IMG/VR virus record: IMGVR_UViG_3300046171_000252
Span: 62,001 to 126,000 of that record
DNA: 64,000 nt
Strand: one strand, 5' to 3'
This document shows positions 1 through 8,800 of the stretch, one piece after another. The position numbers and the translations under genes were made by a program. Every line of letters begins with the position of its first letter. Within the stretch, counting starts at the first letter, position 1. Below the pieces are notes generated by a model. That model was not told where the DNA came from. It made no database searches and worked only from the letters and a program-made list of their open reading frames with translations.

Positions 1-35
1 ACGCCCGCCACACGCTCTAAACCTCTTCTCTTCTC

Positions 36-362
36 ATGCGTAAAATCGAAACCCAGATGAACGCCGCCATCCAGGCAAACCAAGACTGGAAGTCGGGCAA
101 CACTCAGGTGATCACCATTGAGGGTGTGAGTTTCGTCTATCTCCACGGCAATCAGATCGCGACAGTCGATGAAGACTCCATGACCATCTTCGATGGCGGT
201 TGGCAGTCGGTCACCACCAAATCCCGTCTCAACGCTCTCTGTGATGCGTTCGGTTATTCTGGCGAGAGCGTATTCCAGAAGAACTGGACCTGGTTCGTCC
301 GTCTCTGGACTGGCACCGAATTCCATACCACCGAGTTCCGGAACGGGATGCGCCTCGCCTGA
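36..362 (+). CDS. Conserved phage hypothetical protein (YLHGNxIA...TTKSRLNAL), probably early
   Basis: 108-aa ORF with C-ending codon bias and a pyrimidine-rich leader; motif pattern familiar from marine phage hypotheticals. Confidence 0.75.
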   Translation: MRKIETQMNAAIQANQDWKSGNTQVITIEGVSFVYLHGNQIATVDEDSMTIFDGGWQSVTTKSRLNALCDAFGYSGESVFQKNWTWFVRLWTGTEFHTTEFRNGMRLA

Positions 363-403
363 TACAAACCTCCCTCTAATCCTTCAAAATCCTAATTCAC
401 AAC

Positions 404-1316
404 ATGACAAAAAATCTTCACATCGAACATCCCGAAGACACAATCCTTACCGGAGATACTTCGTTTTTAGTATCTCTCAAACTGAAGGGTGATTTATCAG
501 TGAAGATTGACGGCGCTCCTGCCATCGTATGGGGGACTAATCCTGCATCGGGTGAGTTCTTCGTCGGGACCAAATCCGTATTTAATAAGGTAAAGATCAA
601 AATCAACGAATCGCATCAGGACATTGATGCGAACCACACGGGAGAGGTTGCAACAATTCTGCATAAGTGCTTCGACTATCTACCACGGGTCGGGGGTATT
701 ATTCAGGGGGACTTCATCGGATTCGGTGGTGCTGATGAATACACACCGAACACAATCACGTATAAGTTCGATGACACCGTAAGCGAGGAAATCATCGTCG
801 CGCCGCATACTCTCTACACGGCAGAATCCGACCTACGTGATGCCGTGGCAGAACCGCTAAGGTTCATGATTACCGATACAGTTTATTGTAAGTTCGTGTT
901 CCCTAAGGCATACATCTGGAGCGGTCAGTATGATGACGGATTGGATCAGTTTGAGATTCCTCTCGTCATAGACTTGATTCGTCAGGTATATGATAAGACC
1001 GTGTTCGTAAGTGATAGAGACGCAGCACAGAATCAAGCAAAATGTGAATAAGTCAATTCGCGAAGGTTATCCTATGACGAATGAGGACTTCATGGGCAAT
1101 GAATCACTTATGCACCTCTACGGGTTGATGATAGTTTTGAAAGAAGAGTTGATGAATCAGTGCCGCAATGTAGGTCCTGAGGCATACCTCGGTCAGGACA
1201 GAATCGATGGTGAGGGTTATGTCTACTCCACTGAGTTAGGTACATATAAGTTGGTTAATCGTCAGCAGTTTTCTGTTGCTAACTTCAACAACACTAAGTT
1301 CACAACAGTCGCATAA
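404..1316 (+). CDS. Ligase-like nucleotidyltransferase-fold protein (DUF6267-like); split by one apparent +1 indel near 1030
   Basis: ORFs 404-1051 and 1011-1316 join (AAQ|IKQNV) if one A is removed from cagaatc; motifs SVKIDG, IIQGD, EGYV, YKLVNR. Confidence 0.65.
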
Positions 1317-1338
1317 TCAGTCGTTCGTGAATACAGCA

Positions 1339-1360
1339 GTCCCCCCGTTAAAGGGGGGGC
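1339..1360 (+). other. GC-rich hairpin (gtcccccc-gttaaa-gggggggc); possible terminator or structural element
   Basis: 8-bp stem seen directly; only a weak U-tract follows. Confidence 0.5.
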
Positions 1361-1475
1361 GTTTATAAAAACCCATGACTCCCCTAACCTACAAAGGTTT
1401 CCAAGAGCGCGATAAAATTCCAAGGCACATAAAATTTTTTTTCGCTATATAAAATCAAGTGTAAGGTTCGCGTAT

Positions 1476-1652
1476 ATGCAAAAAAATTCCGAGAAAATTT
1501 TTAGTGAAGTAGAGGTCGATCCTGTGACTGGAGATTATTATGTAACGGTGCCCGAAGTAATTTTGAATGAGATGCAATGGTATGAGGGCACTACTTTAAG
1601 GTGGTTAGTGGATGGAGATGAGATTGTCTTAGCAGAAGAAAAGAGCTCTTGA
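1476..1652 (+). CDS. AbrB/MazE/SpoVT-like small DNA-binding protein (58 aa, not in the ORF track)
   Basis: Hand translation MQKNSEKIFSEVEVDPVTGDYYVTVPEVILNEMQWYEGTTLRWLVDGDEIVLAEEKSS fits the swapped-hairpin pattern VTVP..I...M.W.EG..L.W......IVL. Confidence 0.65.
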   Translation: MQKNSEKIFSEVEVDPVTGDYYVTVPEVILNEMQWYEGTTLRWLVDGDEIVLAEEKSS

Positions 1653-1677
1653 CAATCGCTATATAATGTTGTATGAT
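1649..1677 (+). promoter_or_regulatory. sigma70-type promoter TTGACA-N17-TATGAT
   Basis: Perfect -35 at 1649-1654 and 17-nt spacer, upstream of ATG 1700. Confidence 0.75.
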
Positions 1678-1699
1678 TCGAAAGTAAATTGTTATTCTT

Positions 1700-2452
1700 A
1701 TGGCAAAGGGATTCACAGTAAAGGCAAAAACGCCGGTCAAAAAAACTGCAGAGTGGGATTACGATAAAGCAAAAGAGATGGTAAGAGGAAAGGCAATTGT
1801 CTTTTGTCTTCCTGGGAGAGGATGTTCTTATGCGTATCTAAAGAATTTTGTACAACTTTGTTTTGACTTAGTACAATCGGGAGCAAGCATCCAGATTTCG
1901 CAGGACTACTCGTCCATGGTTAACTTTGCAAGATGCAAGTGTCTTGGAGCAAATGTATTGCGTGGTCCGGACCAATTGCCCTGGGACGGAAAATTAAAGT
2001 ATGATTATCAGTTATGGATTGATAGTGATATTATTTTTAATACCGAAAAGTTTTGGCAATTGGTTCTAATGGATCAAGACATTGCATCTGGATGGTATGC
2101 CACAGAAGATGGTAGAACGACCTCAGTGGCACACTGGATGGAAGAGGATGATTTCCGTAACAACGGCGGTGTGATGAATCATGAAACAGTTGAGAGTATT
2201 TCAAAGCGCAGATCTCCATTCACCGTAGATTATGCCGGATTTGGATGGTTACTCATCAAACACGGAGTTTGGGAGAATAGTGAGATGAAGTATCCATGGT
2301 TTGCTCCGAAGATGCAAGTCTTCGAGAGTGGCGAAGTACAGGATATGTGTGGAGAGGATGTCTCATTCTGCCTTGATGCAAAGGAGGCAGGTTTCGAGAT
2401 TTGGTGTGATCCTCGTGTTCGCGTTGGGCACGAAAAGATGCGAGTAATCTAA
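1700..2452 (+). CDS. GT-A fold glycosyltransferase-like protein, conserved in cyanomyoviruses
   Basis: YQLWIDSD (DxD), GFGWLLIK, GEDVSFC and VRVGHEK motifs typical of GT-A. Confidence 0.7.
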   Translation: MAKGFTVKAKTPVKKTAEWDYDKAKEMVRGKAIVFCLPGRGCSYAYLKNFVQLCFDLVQSGASIQISQDYSSMVNFARCKCLGANVLRGPDQLPWDGKLKYDYQLWIDSDIIFNTEKFWQLVLMDQDIASGWYATEDGRTTSVAHWMEEDDFRNNGGVMNHETVESISKRRSPFTVDYAGFGWLLIKHGVWENSEMKYPWFAPKMQVFESGEVQDMCGEDVSFCLDAKEAGFEIWCDPRVRVGHEKMRVI

Positions 2453-2453
2453 G

Positions 2454-2615
2454 ATGGCACGTCAGGAATTTTATAGAATTCTTGTAGATGATAAAATTCT
2501 TTATGATCAATTGAGCACTGAAGAATTTTTTGATAAGATAGAGGACCTGTCCGTAGAATTTTATGAGACAGGTCAATCAGGTAACATTAGAACTGAAATT
2601 ATTATTGAGGAATAA
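2454..2615 (+). CDS. Small acidic hypothetical protein (53 aa)
   Basis: Hand translation MARQEFYRILVDDKILYDQLSTEEFF...IIIEE; fills the gap, tightly coupled to its neighbours. Confidence 0.6.
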   Translation: MARQEFYRILVDDKILYDQLSTEEFFDKIEDLSVEFYETGQSGNIRTEIIIEE

Positions 2616-2623
2616 GGAGTCTT

Positions 2624-2773
2624 ATGGCAGTACGATCAAAGGTTGGTTTAAATGGTGAAAGAAACATTGAATCAAAACCGAAAAAAACTCGTCAAGGTAA
2701 TGGTAAGAACACGACGTATTCTGCAACATCCAGAAACGCGGCTCGTAAAAAGTATAGAGGTCAGGGAAGATAA
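2624..2773 (+). CDS. Small highly basic peptide ending KKYRGQGR (49 aa)
   Basis: SD aaggag upstream; MAVRSKVGLNGERNIESKPKKTRQGNGKNTTYSATSRNAARKKYRGQGR. Confidence 0.7.
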   Translation: MAVRSKVGLNGERNIESKPKKTRQGNGKNTTYSATSRNAARKKYRGQGR

Positions 2774-2802
2774 TAGATAGTATTAACTATTAAACTTTCT
2801 TC

Positions 2803-3477
2803 ATGTCTTGTTTGATCTCAAATTTACCTGCTTATGAAGTATGGGTAAGAAAAGAATATCTCACTGATCATCAAAGTGGTCATGGTGAATTTGTAAAGGG
2901 CGTCTGGGTATCGGTTAAATCGATGCCTGGGCGTGCTTTTTATTTTGAAACGTACTTACCAGAGTATGCCGCAATGTATGATAAGTTACCTATAAGCGCG
3001 TTTGTCTCGTCTCCGGAAAAACCAACTCCTGATATGACACTTCATAATCTACAATTTTGGAACTGTATGGATTATGGTGTTACAACAATTCAAAAGCAAT
3101 TCATTGGTTCAATGCATTTTGAAGTTTATACTCGTGATTATGGAACTCAAACGGGTACTTATGTTTGCACGATTGATAATTATCACCAAGATGCTGATGC
3201 AATTGATTATTCGACCAGCGAAAATCCATCGGAACATAAGTCTCATAACCTAATTGAACTTGATAATGGACAGTTCTGTCTCTATCCAAATAATAGAACT
3301 CGTATTTTTGATAATAGTCTGACACCAGAGACACCAAAGATTCCAGATTTTAAAGTTTCGACTGTTTATTATCAGGTAGAAAATGGTCATGACCGTGATG
3401 GACTTGGTAATGATGACAATTATTTTTGGAAAACTGCCAAAGAACATAAAAACGAGGATCAAATTCCTAATTATTAA
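2803..3477 (+). CDS. Conserved cyanophage hypothetical protein
   Basis: 224-aa ORF upstream of gp25; VWVRKEYL and YPNNR motifs. Confidence 0.75.
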   Translation: MSCLISNLPAYEVWVRKEYLTDHQSGHGEFVKGVWVSVKSMPGRAFYFETYLPEYAAMYDKLPISAFVSSPEKPTPDMTLHNLQFWNCMDYGVTTIQKQFIGSMHFEVYTRDYGTQTGTYVCTIDNYHQDADAIDYSTSENPSEHKSHNLIELDNGQFCLYPNNRTRIFDNSLTPETPKIPDFKVSTVYYQVENGHDRDGLGNDDNYFWKTAKEHKNEDQIPNY

Positions 3478-3479
3478 GT

Positions 3480-3487
3480 TATAAATA
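3480..3487 (+). promoter_or_regulatory. T4-type late promoter TATAAATA
   Basis: Exact consensus just upstream of gp25. Confidence 0.75.
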
Positions 3488-3505
3488 AAGAAAAACTCCT
3501 TGTCA

Positions 3506-3907
3506 ATGGCCATTCAAAGGATATCAAGAGCATTTAAAGATATTAGTTTGTCTTTTGATGCACATCCTATCACTAAAGATCTACAAATATTGAAAAATGA
3601 GAACGCGATTCGTAGGTCCGTAAGAAATATAGTAGAAACTATCCCCACTGAAAGATTTTTTAATTCCTTATTAGGATCTGAAGTCAGAAGTAGTCTCTTC
3701 GAATTTGTTGATTTTGGTACTGCATCAGTAATTCAAAATCAAATAGAGATTGCGCTTGAAAACTTTGAACCAAGAATTGATAATGTGCAGGTCCAGGTTG
3801 ATCCTTTTCCGGATAGGAATACCTTTAATGCCACAATCATCTTCGATATCATCGGACAAGAGTTTCCAACTCAAGAATTTTCTTTCCTATTAGAGGCAAC
3901 GAGATAA
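3506..3907 (+). CDS. gp25: Baseplate wedge subunit gp25
   Basis: FKDISLSF..HP, NENAIRRSVRNIVET.PTERFF, FEPRI; synteny with gp6. Confidence 0.9.
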   Translation: MAIQRISRAFKDISLSFDAHPITKDLQILKNENAIRRSVRNIVETIPTERFFNSLLGSEVRSSLFEFVDFGTASVIQNQIEIALENFEPRIDNVQVQVDPFPDRNTFNATIIFDIIGQEFPTQEFSFLLEATR

Positions 3908-3908
3908 T

Positions 3909-5819
3909 ATGCCTTTTACTAAGTATACAAATCTAGATTTTGATCAGATAAAAACATCCATCAAGGATTATCTTCGTGCAAATTCAACTTTCACCGATTT
4001 TGATTTTGAGGGATCTAACTTTTCTGTCTTAATAGACACTCTAGCATATAACACATATATCACAGCATTCAACTCAAATATGATTGTGAATGAATCCTTT
4101 TTGGATTCTGCCACTCTCAGAGAGAATGTTGTTTCATTAGCAAGAAATATTGGTTATGTACCCCGCTCTAGAACCTCTGCAAGGGCACAAATATCATTTT
4201 CAATACAAAGACCCGATGGAGATTCATCTGCTCAGGTGACGCTTCAGAGAGGTCTTGTATGCACAGGTACTTCTGCTAATACTTCATACGTATTTTCAAT
4301 ACCTGAGGACCTCACTAGAGGTTTTGTTAATGGAGTTGCGACATTTGATAATATTGAAATTTATGAAGGCACATATTTAACCAAACAATTCTTATATGAT
4401 GGTTCTCTCGATCAAAAATTTATCATTGATAATTCATTTGTCGATACCTCTACTTTAAAAGTTTATATCAAAAAAGAAAATGATATAGGAATTGGGATCG
4501 AATACTCTTTAGTTGATAATATCGTTAATGTAACTCCAAGTTCTCAGATTTATCTTCTTCAAGAGATACAAGATGAAAAATATCAATTGCTTTTTGGTGA
4601 TGGATTAATAGGAAAAAAACTTGGAACCGATCAAAATTCCGATGGTAATATAATTGTTGCCAATTATATCATATCAAATGGGATTGAAGGTAATGGAGTA
4701 TCTAATTTCTCCATGGCTGGAAGTTTTTTGACATCAGAAAATAACAATATCAATCCATCTAATATAACAATCACGTTAAATCGTGCATCTCAGAATGGAT
4801 CTGAAATTGAATCTGTTGATTCAGTTAGATATTACGCTCCAAAGATATATTCTGCACAATCTAGAGCAGTAACGGGTCGTGATTATGAGGCAATTATTAA
4901 GAGCATTTATCCAGATACAGAATCTGTTGCCGTGGTTGGTGGAGAAGAGATGGTTCCTCCACAATTTGGTACTGTAAATATCAGCATTAAACCAAAAAAT
5001 GGAACTTTTGTCTCTGATTTTAATAAATCTAGAATTTTATCACAATTAAAACAATATACTGTCTCTGGAATAAACCAAAAAATAACAGATCTTAAAATTT
5101 TATATGTTGAAATTGATTCTTCAGTTTATTATGACTATTCAAGAATATCAACTGCCGAAACTTTGAAAACAAGAGTGTTGGATACCCTTAAAACATACTC
5201 AAATTCTTTAGAAATTAACAAATTTGGAGGAAGATTTAGATATAGTAAAATTCAACAAATTATTGACAATACTAATACTTCTATAACTTCTAATATTACT
5301 AAGGTTAGGATTAGAAGAGATTTAAAAGCAATTATAAATCAATTTGCACAGTATGAATTGTGTTATGGAAATAGATTTCATATAAATTCAACTGGATATA
5401 ACATTAAATCGACAGGATTTAGAATTGCATCTGATCCTGATGTTGTTTATTTGACAGATATTCCCAATTCTGATGGAATGACAGGAATTTTGTCAATTGT
5501 AAAACCAGTTAGTAATGAATCGACAAGAGTTGTTGTAAAATCAGCAGGAACGGTTGATTATATTAAAGGCGAACTTAATATTAACACTATAAAAATTACT
5601 TCAACAGAAAAACAAAACAATATTATTGAAATTCAGGCATTTCCAGAGTCAAATGATGTGGTTGGATTGAAAGATTTGTATCTTAATTTTAACATCTCAG
5701 CAAGTTCAATAAATATGGTGAAGGATGTTATTTCATCAGGAGACGAAATATCGGGAACGGTATTTAATAGAGACTATTACACATCAAGTTACTTAAACGG
5801 GAATTTAATAAGAGAGTAG
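3909..5819 (+). CDS. gp6: Baseplate wedge subunit gp6
   Basis: LDFDQIK..DFDFEGS..LAYNTY..NESFLDSATLRENVVSLA; RAVTGRDY. Confidence 0.92.
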   Translation: MPFTKYTNLDFDQIKTSIKDYLRANSTFTDFDFEGSNFSVLIDTLAYNTYITAFNSNMIVNESFLDSATLRENVVSLARNIGYVPRSRTSARAQISFSIQRPDGDSSAQVTLQRGLVCTGTSANTSYVFSIPEDLTRGFVNGVATFDNIEIYEGTYLTKQFLYDGSLDQKFIIDNSFVDTSTLKVYIKKENDIGIGIEYSLVDNIVNVTPSSQIYLLQEIQDEKYQLLFGDGLIGKKLGTDQNSDGNIIVANYIISNGIEGNGVSNFSMAGSFLTSENNNINPSNITITLNRASQNGSEIESVDSVRYYAPKIYSAQSRAVTGRDYEAIIKSIYPDTESVAVVGGEEMVPPQFGTVNISIKPKNGTFVSDFNKSRILSQLKQYTVSGINQKITDLKILYVEIDSSVYYDYSRISTAETLKTRVLDTLKTYSNSLEINKFGGRFRYSKIQQIIDNTNTSITSNITKVRIRRDLKAIINQFAQYELCYGNRFHINSTGYNIKSTGFRIASDPDVVYLTDIPNSDGMTGILSIVKPVSNESTRVVVKSAGTVDYIKGELNINTIKITSTEKQNNIIEIQAFPESNDVVGLKDLYLNFNISASSINMVKDVISSGDEISGTVFNRDYYTSSYLNGNLIRE

Positions 5820-5820
5820 T

Positions 5821-8800
5821 ATGATACAGACTGGATTTGAATCTAAAGTCAAGATTCAACAAATTATTGACAATCAACTTCCTGAGTTCATTTTGGATGA
5901 AAATCCAAAAACAGTAGAATTTTTAAAGCAATATTATATTTCTCAGGAATATCAAGGCGGACCAGTTGATATTGTTGATAATTTGGATCAATATCTAAAA
6001 TTAGATAATCTGACTCCAGAAGTTATAGTTGATAGCACCTATGCCACTTCAGGAATCTCTTCTACGGATACTACAATCGCCGTAAATAGCACTAAAGGAT
6101 TCCCAAGTCAATATGGTCTATTTAAGATTAATAACGAGGTCATAACCTATACTGGAATCACTACAAATTCATTCACTGGATGCCAACGTGGATTTAGTGG
6201 GATTACATCATACCATAGTCAATTAGATCAAGAGGAACTTGTATTTTCTGATACCTCAAAAGAAAACCATAATGAAGACGCAACAGTATATAATCTAAGT
6301 TCTTTATTTTTAAGAGATTTTTATAAAAAATTAAAATATACTTTTGCTCCTGGATTAGAAGATGTTGATTTTGCAAAAGAATTAAATGCTGGGAATTTTA
6401 TAAAAGAAGCAAAATCTTTTTATCAATCAAAAGGAACTGACGAATCATTTAGAATTTTATTTAATGTTTTATATGGAGCAACACCAAGAGTAGTAAATTT
6501 AGAAGATTATTTAATTAAACCATCTTCTGCAGAGTATCTCAGAAGAGAAATCGCAATTGCCGAAGTAATTAGTGGAGATCCTTCAAAATTAGTAGGACAA
6601 ACAATAACCAAATCTACAGATTCTGGAACTACAGCAGCAATATCTGAAATAGAACCTTTCACTAGAAATAATAAGCAATATTTTAAATTATCTCTCTTTA
6701 TTGGATATGACGAATCCTCGACAATTCAGGGCAATTTTACTATTACACCTAGCACAAAAAATATTGAAACTGTTGCCATAGGTGCTTCTGTAATTAGCGT
6801 AGACTCTACGATTGGTTTTGCACAGACTGGAATGGTTATTTCTGGTATCAATAGCATAACTTATTCTAATAAAACTGTTAATCAATTTATTGGATGCACT
6901 GGAGTTGCATCGACAATCTCGTCTGCAAGTAATATTAGATCAGATGAGATTTATTTTGGTTATGAAGATGGGGATTCGGATAAAAGAGTAGAAATAAGAT
7001 TAACCGGAGTATTGTCTAATTTTATTCAGGTGTCCGATGATTTAAATATTTCTGAAGGTGATACAATTTCTGTCAATAATGTTGGTGATTTAATTTTAAA
7101 CCCAAGTATTGGCAACAAAACATACAAAGAAATTTTTGCAAATTCGTGGATATACAATACTAGTTCATCTTATGAAATAAAAGATTTTGGTGTTAATTTA
7201 TCATTAACATTAAAAAGTGAAATCGACAAATCCAGTTTAAAAGAGGGAGATAGTGTCGAAATTATAGAAAGTAGTGGTAATAATCTGGGAAAAGTAGTAT
7301 TTCCTACATCATCTTCAAGTATTACTCATGTAGTTGATATTTCTCCTGATAAAAAATCAATTAGTTTAGACAATTTTACTTTTAATCCAAGTCCCAATGT
7401 AGAGTATAGTTTAAGAAGAAAAATTAATAAAGCAAGAAGTACAGGTGCTCCCATAGAATATGGAAATTCTGCCATCTTAGGAGATGTTCAAAACGTATAT
7501 ACTGATAGCACAGAAAATTTTGGATATGTTGCATCTAATTCTCTACCATCTTCAACAACAGGACTTACTACATTCTTTACATATGAAATAACTAAAGAAA
7601 TTAATTCTGCGTTTATAGATTCTGAAGTAAGTTTAGGAAATATTAATGAACTTAACAATTATACGACTATTACTTTTTCGGAAAATGCACCATTTCTTAC
7701 TGGAGATAAAATATTATATAAACCAGATGTTGATCCTCTTGAAGGACTAGTTGAAGGATCATATTTTGTTGAAGTTCTAGCATCTAATAAAAAAACCATT
7801 AAGTTATACAATTCTTCATCTTTTATAGGATCGACGGATTTTGCAACTTTTTCAGTTCCAGGTTCTGGAATGAATAAGCATACCTTTACTTTATTTGAAC
7901 AGAGAGTTGGAGAAATAGGGGCACAAAAACTTCTTAAAAAATTCTCTATTCCTCCAAATAATAAAAATGGAAAAGGAGAGTTGACCATACCGGGAACTAC
8001 TGGTATGTTGATTAATGGTGTTGAAGTTGTAAATTATAAATCAGAAGATAAAATTTATTATGGACCTTTAAATTCTATAACGGTATTAAATGGTGGCAGC
8101 AATTATGATGTGATTAATTTGCCACAATTATCAGTTTCTGCTGGTTTGGGGATAACTGCATTATGTCGTCCGGTAATTCAGGGGTCTATTAAAAGAGTTG
8201 ACATTGATACTCAAGATTTTGATATTGACAATGTTACTTCAATTAAAGTAATTGGTGGAAATGGTACTGGAGCCGATATTAGGGCAGTAGTTGGTAAAAG
8301 AGTTAGAGAAGTAAATTTTGATGGACAGTTAATATCGTCAGATGGTGGAGTAGATAACAATACAAATCAAATAACTTTCTTAACGGATCATAATTTTTCA
8401 GATGGTCAAGAAGTAATTTATGATTCTAACAAAAATATAGGAATTGGAGTTGGAATAGGAACTTCATCTCTAGTTGATGAAGGTTCTTATTTTGTAAAAA
8501 TTGATAATAATACAACAGTTCAATTATTTGAATCATATGATGATTATTCTTCAAATAGTAATGTTGTAGGTCTTAGTACTCTTTATACTACTGGTATTCA
8601 TAAATTTAAAACAAAGGAAAAGACTAAAACAATTTCTTCTGTTGATGTAATTAATGGTGGAAGTGGATACACTAATAGAAAATTAATTGTTTCTCCAACG
8701 GGAATAAGCACATCAAATGGTTTGATTAGTTTTAAAAATCATGGATTTGCTGATGGTGATTTAATTCTTTATTCCGCTGATGAAATATTAGCAAATATTA

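Noticed and set aside
1317-1475. tRNA or known riboswitch in the intergenic regions
   Set aside because: No cloverleaf, T-loop (GTTCRA with stem) or recognisable aptamer found by eye here or in the other spacers.
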